A stretch of DNA of 64,000 nt from Trueperaceae bacterium (GTDB taxonomy: Bacteria; Deinococcota; Deinococci; Deinococcales; Trueperaceae): the NCBI GenBank assembly GCA_965215565.1, contig CBDCDZ010000004.1, positions 1,376,001-1,440,000 of the forward strand, written 5' to 3'. Below the pieces are notes generated by a model. The model saw nothing but the letters and a program-made list of their open reading frames with translations. It had not been told where the DNA came from and did no database searches. How positions within the stretch are numbered: the stretch's first letter is position 1; every line of letters begins with the position of its first letter. The position numbers were made by a program, and so were the translations under genes. Shown here in pieces: positions 55,696 through 64,000 of the stretch.

Positions 55696-56850
55696 ATGAA
55701 GCGTTGGTTACTGGCACTACTCGTTCTTATCATCCCCCTAGCCACGGCACAAGAATCTGGGCAAGAGGACGACACCCTCACGGCGGGCTTTATCTACGTC
55801 GGACCGGTAGGCGACTACGGCTGGACCTTTGCCCACGACGAGGCGCGGCAGATGTTGGAAGAGGAATTCGACTGGTTGGAGACGATTTACGTCGAATCCG
55901 TTCCCGAGGGCGACGCGGAGCCCTTTATCGACCAGTTGGTGCAGCAGGGTGCCGAGGTCATTTTCACCACGAGCTTCGGTTACATGGACGCCACCATCGC
56001 GGCGGCTGCGCGCTACCCGGATGTGCTCTTCGCCCACGCGACGGGCTTTATGCGTGCACCCAACGTGGCGACGTACACCGCTGAGTTCTACCAGGTCTAC
56101 TACTTGAACGGTCTCATGGCGGGCGCGTTGACTGACGGCGACGTCGGCTATGTCGGCGCGTTCCCTATACCCGAAGTGAAGCGCCACATCGACGCCTTTA
56201 CGCTGGGCGTGCGCGAGGTCAACCCCGAAGCGAATGTTACGGTGCGCTGGATCAACGCTTGGTTCGACCCCGCCGCCGCCACCGAAGCGACGCAAGCCCT
56301 CATCGCGGAAGGCGCGGACGTTCTAGCGTTCACCGAAGATACGCCCACCGTGATTCAAGTCGCGGCGGAGCGCGGGCTGCCCAGCTTCTCGCACTACTCG
56401 CCCATGTATGAATTCGCACCCGAGTACGTCGTGTCGGGTCAGCTCGTCCACTGGGACGAAATCTACCGCGACTTTCTGACCAAAGTGCGTGACGGTACGT
56501 ATACAGCAGAAAACTTAGAAGAGGTGGATTACTGGTGGCTTTTAGCCGACGACGCCGTGGAGATGGCAGCCAGCGAAGAGGTTGTCATCAACCCGGCGTA
56601 CGAGGAAGCGCTCCGCGCCGTGACGGTAGATGACCCCGAATTAGGTGAAATCTCCGTGTATGACCTTGTGCTGACGCGCTTGGAGCAGATGGACGCTTCC
56701 CCTACCGCCTTCGACCCCTTCACCGGACCTATCTCTGACAGAAACGGTAATGTGGTGGTTGAGGAGGGCGTCACCATGAGTGTCGAAGAGTTGGCTTCGA
56801 TGCAGTGGGCCGTTGAAGGGGTGGCTGGGCCCTGGCCCGACGAACCGTAA
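55696..56850 (+). CDS. BMP family ABC substrate-binding protein
   Basis: FIYVGPVGDYGW, TTSFGYM, PIPEV, WFDP. Confidence 0.92.
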   Translation: MKRWLLALLVLIIPLATAQESGQEDDTLTAGFIYVGPVGDYGWTFAHDEARQMLEEEFDWLETIYVESVPEGDAEPFIDQLVQQGAEVIFTTSFGYMDATIAAAARYPDVLFAHATGFMRAPNVATYTAEFYQVYYLNGLMAGALTDGDVGYVGAFPIPEVKRHIDAFTLGVREVNPEANVTVRWINAWFDPAAATEATQALIAEGADVLAFTEDTPTVIQVAAERGLPSFSHYSPMYEFAPEYVVSGQLVHWDEIYRDFLTKVRDGTYTAENLEEVDYWWLLADDAVEMAASEEVVINPAYEEALRAVTVDDPELGEISVYDLVLTRLEQMDASPTAFDPFTGPISDRNGNVVVEEGVTMSVEELASMQWAVEGVAGPWPDEP

Positions 56851-57071
56851 GCCGCCGCCACGCCACCTTTTGCCGCGTCAGATAACGATTCTGACGCGGC
56901 TTTCTCGTGTTGGAATTCAGCGAACGTCCTGCGTTTCGTCTCGCATGTCCTTTCTCGAGTCGAAAAGCTCACAGTTCACGTTAGTGCTGGCGAAAACTTC
57001 ATAGCTGTGGACGCATCGACCTGGTTTACTTGCGGTACATAGAGACCCCAACCGTGAGCTAGCTCACCCAC

Positions 57072-59663
57072 ATGTTCTGCATCCAACGATTCCTGATGCC
57101 TCACGAGGAGAGATTAAATAGTGTGACCCCCTCTATCTTTACGGCGATTCTCACGACGCAAGGCGACGTTGTCCAACTCAACCACCAGGCGCTCGAGGCG
57201 GCGCACATCGACCCGCAAACCGTTTTAGGTCAACCGCTCGGTGCGCTTCCTTACTGGGCTGATCCCGAATGCGTGCGCAAGGCGGCGGCGGATGCGGCGC
57301 AGGGTGAGGTGGTGCGCTTAGAAACAACCCTCGAGCTAAATGGAGCGCAGCTCGAGGTGGAACTCATCCTCGCCCCGCTCCATAACGCCGAAGGTAAAGT
57401 CACGCAGCTCAGCGGTCATGTAGTCGACATCAGCGAGCGTAAGGCATGGGAACGTGCCGCGAAGGAGAAGGTGGCGCGGCAACAGCTCATCCTAGAGAAC
57501 GTCAAGGAGCACGCCATTTTGCTGCTCGACGTACACGGGGTGGTCACGGCGTGCAACTCGGGCGCAGAGCGTATCCTCGGCTACCGCCCGGAGGAACTTG
57601 AAGGACAACCTATCGCGTGTATTTTCACACCCGAAGATGTCGAAGCGGGCGCTGCGCAAAAAGAGATGCGCGTCGCAGCGGCGGAAGGGCGCGCCCAGGA
57701 CAACCGCTGGCATGTGCATAAGGACGGCAGCAGCTTCTGGGCGGACGGCATCACTACGGCGAGGTGCGCCGAGGACGGCTCGCTACTGGGTTTCGCGAAG
57801 GTGTTCTCCGACGACTCGAAGAGCAAGTTAGCCGAGCAAGAGCGCGACTACCTCTTGGAGCGCTTGGAGCGCAAACGAGCGTATTTAGAGGCAATTTTTC
57901 AGCAGATGCCCTCGGGCGTCGCCATCGCTGAAGCGCCCTCGGGCAAGCTGATTATGCACAACGAGGAGGCGGAAAAACTTCTAGGTCATCCTCTTTTAGA
58001 GTCGGCAGACTACACGGGCTACTCGCGCTACGGCGCGCTGCATCCCGACGGACGCCCTTACGCCGCCGAGGAGTACCCGATCACGCGGGCACTCCTGCGC
58101 GGCAAAACGGTCTCGCAAGAGGACATGCGCTATAGGCGCGGCGACGGCAGGGTCACGCTCTTCTCCGTCAACGCTGCGCCCGTCAAGGACGCGGACGGCA
58201 CCATCGTCGCGGCGATCAGCACCTTTCACGACATCTCCGAGCGGCAGCGTGCCGCTGAGGAACTGCAAAAGGCGCACGAAGCGTTGCAGGCACGGGTGAA
58301 AGAACTCGACGCGATGAAAGAGGAGTTGGAAAGAGTCAACGACAGGCTTTACCACGACGCCTTCCACGACGCGCTGACCGGGCTCCCCAACCGCCTGCTC
58401 TTCACGGAGCGCTTAGAGCAAGCGCTTAAAAGACAGGTGCGCCACCCTCACGCGCACGCGGCGGTGCTCTTTTTGGACTTTGACCGCTTCAAAGTTGTCA
58501 ACGACTCGCTCGGCCACGCGGTGGGCGACGGGCTCCTAACGTGTATCAGCAAGCGCCTCCAAACCTGTGTGAGACCGTCCGATACAGTAGCGCGTTTAGG
58601 CGGCGACGAGTTCGTGATTTTGTTAGAGGGGATCACTCATACTGAGCAAGTCACGCACGTCGCGCAGCGCATCACCGAGGCGTTTTACCGCCCGCTGCTC
58701 GTCGGCGAACACGACCTCTACACGAGCGCGAGCATCGGCATCGTTTCGAATACCGCGTACTATGCGCGCGCCGACGACGTGCTGCGCGACGCCGACATCG
58801 CCATGTACCGCGCCAAAGCGAAAGGGCGCGGAACGTACCAGCTTTTCAGCCAGCGGATGCACCAGCAGGCGATGGACGCGATGACGCTCGAGCGCGAACT
58901 GCGCAGCGCGGTCACGGAGCGCGAACTGCGCGTCGCCTATCAGCCTATCTTGGCGGTCGCGAACGGCACACTTCTAGGTTTCGAAGCGCTGGTGCGCTGG
59001 CAAAACCCCAAGCGCGGGCTCATCTCCCCCGCCCTCTTTCTGCCGCTAGCCGAAGAGACCGGGCTCATCCGCGAAATCGACCGCTACGTCTGGACGGAGG
59101 CGTGCCGGCAGGTTCGCGTTTGGCAAAGAGGTTCGGACGACCCTAGCGGCGCAGACTATCCCCTCACCCTCAGCATCAACCTCTCGTCGCAGCATTTCCT
59201 CTACCCCGAACTCGTCAGGAACATCGAAAGCATCCTCACCGAGACCGACTTTCCCCCGGAGCAACTCGTTTTGGAAATCACCGAAGGCGCACTCATCCGC
59301 TCGTCGGAAATGGTCAGCACGACGCTACGTGAACTCAAAGAACTCGGGCTCAAACTCTACTTAGACGACTTCGGCACGGGCTACTCGTCCTTATCGTACT
59401 TACAACGCTTCCCCGTAGACGCCCTTAAAATCGACCGCTCGTTCATCCACAGCATGACCCGCAACGAAGAGAGCGCCGAACTGGTGCGCACGATCATCAA
59501 CATGGCGCAGAACTTAGGCTTGCAAGCCGTCGCGGAAGGCGTCGAGACCGAGGAACAACTCGAGCGGCTCCGCGACTTGGGCTGCTCGTATACGCAGGGC
59601 TACCTCTTTGCGAAACCGCTCAGCGAGGCGCAGGCGGAGGAGTTTATGACAGTAAGTGGGTAA
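57072..59663 (+). CDS. PAS-PAS-PAS-GGDEF-EAL protein
   Basis: Three PAS/PAC-like repeats; RLGGDEF; FEALVRW; DDFGTGYSS. Confidence 0.93.
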   Translation: MFCIQRFLMPHEERLNSVTPSIFTAILTTQGDVVQLNHQALEAAHIDPQTVLGQPLGALPYWADPECVRKAAADAAQGEVVRLETTLELNGAQLEVELILAPLHNAEGKVTQLSGHVVDISERKAWERAAKEKVARQQLILENVKEHAILLLDVHGVVTACNSGAERILGYRPEELEGQPIACIFTPEDVEAGAAQKEMRVAAAEGRAQDNRWHVHKDGSSFWADGITTARCAEDGSLLGFAKVFSDDSKSKLAEQERDYLLERLERKRAYLEAIFQQMPSGVAIAEAPSGKLIMHNEEAEKLLGHPLLESADYTGYSRYGALHPDGRPYAAEEYPITRALLRGKTVSQEDMRYRRGDGRVTLFSVNAAPVKDADGTIVAAISTFHDISERQRAAEELQKAHEALQARVKELDAMKEELERVNDRLYHDAFHDALTGLPNRLLFTERLEQALKRQVRHPHAHAAVLFLDFDRFKVVNDSLGHAVGDGLLTCISKRLQTCVRPSDTVARLGGDEFVILLEGITHTEQVTHVAQRITEAFYRPLLVGEHDLYTSASIGIVSNTAYYARADDVLRDADIAMYRAKAKGRGTYQLFSQRMHQQAMDAMTLERELRSAVTERELRVAYQPILAVANGTLLGFEALVRWQNPKRGLISPALFLPLAEETGLIREIDRYVWTEACRQVRVWQRGSDDPSGADYPLTLSINLSSQHFLYPELVRNIESILTETDFPPEQLVLEITEGALIRSSEMVSTTLRELKELGLKLYLDDFGTGYSSLSYLQRFPVDALKIDRSFIHSMTRNEESAELVRTIINMAQNLGLQAVAEGVETEEQLERLRDLGCSYTQGYLFAKPLSEAQAEEFMTVSG

Positions 59664-59669
59664 GGGCGA

Positions 59670-59711
59670 GGATACAGGAGGCAGAACATTCTGCCTCCTG
59701 TATCCTTTTTT
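59670..59711 (+). terminator. Terminator hairpin between convergent genes
   Basis: 17-bp inverted repeat GGATACAGGAGGCAGAA/TTCTGCCTCCTGTATCC plus T-run. Confidence 0.8.
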
Positions 59712-60522
59712 ACCCTCGGTTGAACCGCTCTAAAATCACCAACAAGACGACACCCGGCACCGACGCGAGTAGCGCCAACCCCGCCCCCACCGGGTCCAAC
59801 GCGCCGCCGCCCGCGAGCTTCGAGAAGAGCAGCGTCGGCAGCGTCTCGACTTGTCCGCGTCCGACGTAAAAGGTCAGCAAGAAGAGGTTGGACGAGATGA
59901 GAAAGGCGAACAGCGCACTCGCCGCGAGCCCCGGCAAGATGAGCGGCAGCGTCACATATAGGGCGACTTGCCAGGGCGACGCGCCGAGCGTCCGCGCCTG
60001 CGCCTCGACCTCTTGACCTAAGTTTTGAAACGCCGAAATCAGCACGCGCATGGTGTAGGGAATCACAGGGATGAGGTGCGCGAGGACGATGCCGACGAAA
60101 CTTCCCGCGAGCCCAAGTTGGATAAACAGCACGAGCATCCCGAGACCGATGGCAATTTCTGGGACGATGAGGGGTGTGAGGAGAAAAAACTCTAACGCGC
60201 TGCGTCCCGGAAATCGCTCGGTAGCGATGGCTCTTGCAGCGGGCAAGCAGAGCAGCGACGCCAGCAGCGTCACAGCGAGGGCAATGCCCACCGTGTTGAG
60301 GAGCGCGTCCCCAGCATTAAGCGCCGAGGAGAAGACGAAATCCCACGCCACCGGGCGAAAGACCTCCCCGCGCACCTGCCACCACCATTCGCTCGGCAAG
60401 AGGTTTGGCCAAGTCCAGCGGAAGGAGACCGAGGCGATAAGGAGGGGCGCGAAGGGTCCCGCGAAGGCGAGCACCGCGAGGACGAGGGTGAGGCGGCTTA
60501 GCGTGCTAGGTTTACGCCTCAT
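59710..60522 (-). CDS. ABC transporter permease (PotC/YnjC-like)
   Basis: EAA-like EAQARTLGAS; multi-TM. Confidence 0.88.
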   Translation of the reverse strand: MRRKPSTLSRLTLVLAVLAFAGPFAPLLIASVSFRWTWPNLLPSEWWWQVRGEVFRPVAWDFVFSSALNAGDALLNTVGIALAVTLLASLLCLPAARAIATERFPGRSALEFFLLTPLIVPEIAIGLGMLVLFIQLGLAGSFVGIVLAHLIPVIPYTMRVLISAFQNLGQEVEAQARTLGASPWQVALYVTLPLILPGLAASALFAFLISSNLFLLTFYVGRGQVETLPTLLFSKLAGGGALDPVGAGLALLASVPGVVLLVILERFNRG

Positions 60523-61402
60523 CGGGCTCACTCGCGCTGAAGCGGCGGTAGAGGAGGAGGTAGAGCGTCAGGAGGAGGCTCGAGACCCCACTCACCACCA
60601 CGATGATGCTCACCCCGAAAAGCCGCCGCGACACGTCCACGTCGTCGAAGGCTCGCCACGCCATCACGGGCAGCGTGTTGGGACCTCCGCCGAGTAAAAA
60701 CGGCACCTCGAATGAGCCGAAGTTAAAGGCGAAGACGATAAGTGTCGCGGCGAGAATGCCGGGCATCAAGCGGGGCAGCGTTATATACCAAAAGGTCTGA
60801 CGCGGTGACGCCCCGGAGACCCGCGCCGCCGCTTCGATGTCGGGGTTTAAGCCCGCTAAGACTGACACCAGAATGAGCGTCTGAAAGGGAATCTGCTTCC
60901 AGAGGTAGACCAGCATGACGCCGATACCGCTCTCCGTGTAGAGGAGCCTGGGGAAGTCCCGCGTGCTCTCAATGAACCCCAGCGCGAAGAGCGAACGCGC
61001 GATGAGTCCGCCGTTCGACCAGAGCAGCGCCGTGAGTGCGACGCCGACGAGATACGGCACAACGAGCGGGAGTTTGTACAAGAAGCTTATGACGCCGCGC
61101 CCCGCGAAGTGTCGGCGCAGAGAGAGCGCGAGAAAGATGCTCAAAATAGTGCCGAGTACGGTGGGAACAATTGCGTAATACAAGGTGAGCCAGAGACTTT
61201 GCCAGAACGTACTCGAGCCGAAAAGCTCAGTGTAGTAGCGCCCAGTCGGAAACTCGCTTACGCCGTAGATGGGCGCGTAGCCGAGGCTTTGGGCGAGCGC
61301 AGCGAGCAGGGCTCCCAGGTAGAGGACGACGAGCACCAGCAGCACAGGCGCGAGCATGAACGTGAGGCGGAGACCTCTTCTACTTCTACGTTTCCACTTC
61401 AC
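60512..61402 (-). CDS. ABC transporter permease (PotB/YnjC-like)
   Basis: WKQIPF, EAAARVSGAS, FGSFEVP. Confidence 0.88.
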   Translation of the reverse strand: MKWKRRSRRGLRLTFMLAPVLLVLVVLYLGALLAALAQSLGYAPIYGVSEFPTGRYYTELFGSSTFWQSLWLTLYYAIVPTVLGTILSIFLALSLRRHFAGRGVISFLYKLPLVVPYLVGVALTALLWSNGGLIARSLFALGFIESTRDFPRLLYTESGIGVMLVYLWKQIPFQTLILVSVLAGLNPDIEAAARVSGASPRQTFWYITLPRLMPGILAATLIVFAFNFGSFEVPFLLGGGPNTLPVMAWRAFDDVDVSRRLFGVSIIVVVSGVSSLLLTLYLLLYRRFSASEPDEA

Positions 61403-61509
61403 CTTTTTACCTCTTACTCATTCCCTACAAAACTACACGGTACCGTCCTAAAGGCAGTCTGAGCGACTTGCTACGCCCCTACCGCGTCAACACAAGACAT
61501 ATTTACAGC

Positions 61510-62868
61510 CTACTGACGCGCGTCGTAGGCGGCTTCGACTAACTCGAGCACCGACGCTTCCGTTTCCTGCGCGATGTAGCCTTCCCACACCTCTTGGATG
61601 ACCTCGATGAGCGTCGCGTTCGTGTCGGGCACTTCGTTGGCGGCAAGCTCCTCAAAGGTGAGCCCGCGCAAGCTGGGCGCGGCTGCTTCGACCTCGCTCC
61701 TCTGCTCCTCGCTTAAAAGCGGTACGTCCACGCCAGGGAAGTAGCCGAGTGCGCCCAGTTTACTGATGTGGCTCGCGGGGCTCGAGAGGACGTTCGCCAG
61801 CACCAACGCCGCCGCCGGGTTGGGCGAGGTAGCTGGAATGGCGATAAAGCTCTTGTTCGCGAGCATGTTGCCCTCGGGGAAGACGATGTTCTCTATCGTC
61901 TCGGGAAAGCGCCCATTTTGCACGCCCACCGCCGCCGTGAACGCACCCATCTGACAGAGCATGTCCACCTCGCCGTTAATGAGAAACGCCTCATTCGCCG
62001 CTTGGTTCTCGGGGTAGATGGGACCTCCGCGTACGCCCTCTTGACCACTGCCGCCGAGTAAGAAGGGACCTATGCGCTTTAAGTATTCGAAGCCCGGCGT
62101 GATGAGTTGCGCGAATTCTTCAGGTGTATAAGCATCTAACGGCTCTAAAAAGGCCATGGCATCCTGTTGGCTCGAGGCGTAGAGGACGCTCTGCACGAAG
62201 GTGTTACCAATGTAGTCGGGCGGGCGCACGTAGGTGAAGCGGTCTGGATTGTTCTGCAGAAAGGTCTCTAATTCCTCCAGCGTATTCGGCGCGTCCTCAC
62301 GGGAAAGTCTCGCCGTGTCTATCATGCACGTATACTGAAACTGCGCCCAGGGCACCTCTCTGAGTTCGGTAGGGAAGCCGTTGTCGCGCCGATTGATGAG
62401 CGCTTTGGGGTCATCCTCTTCCAGGTAGAAATACTGCGAGTTCGGCAACTTGTCCGCGAACGCGCCGAAGAGCAAATCTTGTGTTGCGAGGGTGAGGAAG
62501 TTCTCGCCGTTAATCCAAATGGCGTCCACGGTTCCCTCACCGAGACCGCTGCCGGTTGCTTCGTCCGCTAAAACTTGGTCTACAGCGTCGCGGGTATCGG
62601 GGACACGGGAGGTCTCCAGGGTAATCCCCAGCTCCGCCATCGCCGGAACGACCTCTTGCTCCACCCAGAAGTTCAGCTCGTCCGAGCCGCCCCAATGGAA
62701 CCACCGGACCTCGCCCTCCTCTTGCGCCCGCGCGACGACCTCGTCCCAGCTCAACTCACCCGCTAAAAACGCTTCGCGAAACGCTTCTGCGTCACCGCTT
62801 TGTGCTAAAGCGCAACTCGCCAAAGAGGTTGTAACGGTAATAACCAACCCTAAAATAAAACGCATCAT
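61510..62868 (-). CDS. ABC transporter substrate-binding protein (YnjB-like)
   Basis: Signal peptide; WGGS, DAIWINGENF, LPNS, FIAIP motifs. Confidence 0.85.
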   Translation of the reverse strand: MMRFILGLVITVTTSLASCALAQSGDAEAFREAFLAGELSWDEVVARAQEEGEVRWFHWGGSDELNFWVEQEVVPAMAELGITLETSRVPDTRDAVDQVLADEATGSGLGEGTVDAIWINGENFLTLATQDLLFGAFADKLPNSQYFYLEEDDPKALINRRDNGFPTELREVPWAQFQYTCMIDTARLSREDAPNTLEELETFLQNNPDRFTYVRPPDYIGNTFVQSVLYASSQQDAMAFLEPLDAYTPEEFAQLITPGFEYLKRIGPFLLGGSGQEGVRGGPIYPENQAANEAFLINGEVDMLCQMGAFTAAVGVQNGRFPETIENIVFPEGNMLANKSFIAIPATSPNPAAALVLANVLSSPASHISKLGALGYFPGVDVPLLSEEQRSEVEAAAPSLRGLTFEELAANEVPDTNATLIEVIQEVWEGYIAQETEASVLELVEAAYDARQ

Positions 62869-62876
62869 TTCTCCTT

Positions 62877-64000
62877 TTACGCCGCCAACTCTGCCGAAGT
62901 CGCGCGCGCCGCCCCGTCTTTTGCACTGCCGTCTTCTGCGCCACTGTCTTCTCCCGGCGGCAGGACCCAAAGACGCTCGGCGGGTAGCGAGACACCGATG
63001 TGCTCGCCCACCGCAAACGCCGCCCCCCCGCCCAGGTGCGCGACGAGGGTCTCGGGTTCAGCTTGCTCGTCGTTCCCTCGAGGATAGACTGCGACCTCAT
63101 AGCGTGTGACGCCGCCGCGATAGACAGCTTTGGTGACGTGTCCGGTGATCGGCCCACCGCTTCGGCACAGTTCGACGTATTCAGGACGAATCACCGCGGT
63201 GACTTCGCCACTCCGGTAGGGAGTTGACGGAAGGGTGACTCGCCCTATCAACGTCGCTAGATGTTCACCCTCGAGCCTTCCCGTCAAGAGGTTCGTTCCG
63301 CCCATGAACTGCGCGACGGGGGCGCTCGCCGGACGCTCGAAGACCTCTTGCGGCGTGCCGAGTTGCGCCACTTGACCCTCAAACATCACGCCGAGCGCGT
63401 CGGCGAGTTCTAGCGCCTCCATCTGATCGTGGGTGACGAAAAGCGTGGTGACGCCCAAACTACGTTGCAAATCGCGCACCAGCTCGCGCATCTCTTCGCG
63501 CAGGGTAGCGTCTAGGCTCGAGAAGGGCTCGTCCATCAGCAGTAATTTGGGCTCGGTAACGACAGCGCGTGCAATCGCCACGCGCTGCTGCTGTCCGCCC
63601 GAAAGCTGACGCGGTTTTCTCCCTTCGAAACCTGTGAGCTGCACCGACTCGAGCGCTTCCCCGACGCGCCGCCGGACCTCTCGGCGAGACGCGCCGCGCA
63701 TCTTGAGCCCGAAGCCGACGTTTGCCGCGACACTTAGATGCGGAAAGAGCGTCGGACGCTGAAAGACCATGCCGATGTCGCGCTTCTCGGGCGGCAGGTG
63801 GGCGACGTTGTGACCACTCAACTTAATCTCGCCTGCATCCGGCTCTAAAAGCCCCGCAACGAGCCGCAGGAGCGTCGTTTTGCCGCAACCCGACGGACCC
63901 AAAAGCGCCAGAAGCTGACCCGGCGCGACCTCCAAGGAGACCCCCTTGAGCGCGCGCACGTCGCCATAGACCTTGCTGAGCCCTTGCAAGCTGAGCGCTA
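62877..64000 (-). CDS. ABC transporter ATP-binding protein (PotA-like), 5' end at or beyond the window edge
   Basis: GPSGCGKT, LSGGQQQR, MDEPFS; frame open to the window end. Confidence 0.92.
   Translation of the reverse strand, partial: ALSLQGLSKVYGDVRALKGVSLEVAPGQLLALLGPSGCGKTTLLRLVAGLLEPDAGEIKLSGHNVAHLPPEKRDIGMVFQRPTLFPHLSVAANVGFGLKMRGASRREVRRRVGEALESVQLTGFEGRKPRQLSGGQQQRVAIARAVVTEPKLLLMDEPFSSLDATLREEMRELVRDLQRSLGVTTLFVTHDQMEALELADALGVMFEGQVAQLGTPQEVFERPASAPVAQFMGGTNLLTGRLEGEHLATLIGRVTLPSTPYRSGEVTAVIRPEYVELCRSGGPITGHVTKAVYRGGVTRYEVAVYPRGNDEQAEPETLVAHLGGGAAFAVGEHIGVSLPAERLWVLPPGEDSGAEDGSAKDGAARATSAELAA

Overview
GC-rich bacterial chromosomal segment, most consistent with Deinococcota (Trueperaceae-like). 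This is inferred from gene content, several leaderless-type promoters and a HAIR-like operator. Most of the window is housekeeping or accessory metabolism: ribF, rnhA, TRAP and ABC transporters, selD-selU, msrA, a MazEF-like pair, a KaiC-like ATPase with a GGDEF/EAL partner, catalase-ankyrin, a ulaG sugar-acid cluster, two-component systems and BTAD/TPR regulators. The outstanding region is 35656-40793. A sigma70-type promoter precedes a ~2.1 kb array of structured RNAs with no credible long ORF, followed by Ro60/Rsr (TROVE) and the RNA ligase RtcB. The array holds seven Y-RNA-like units sharing a bulged-C helix and a fixed CCGA-N9-GTTATC-like motif, three intact tRNAs on one scaffold (Glu-TTC, Gln-TTG, and a CTT anticodon on a Glu/Gln-type body), and a 248-nt tRNA-like RNA with a very large structured insertion. 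Several Y units carry near-complete tRNAs circularly permuted at different points; two keep full anticodon arms (Arg-TCT, Asp-GTC). A ~110-nt element just upstream of rsr recurs near msrA and between catalase and the ankyrin gene. All RNA structures were paired by eye and all protein calls come from motif recognition; no searches were run.
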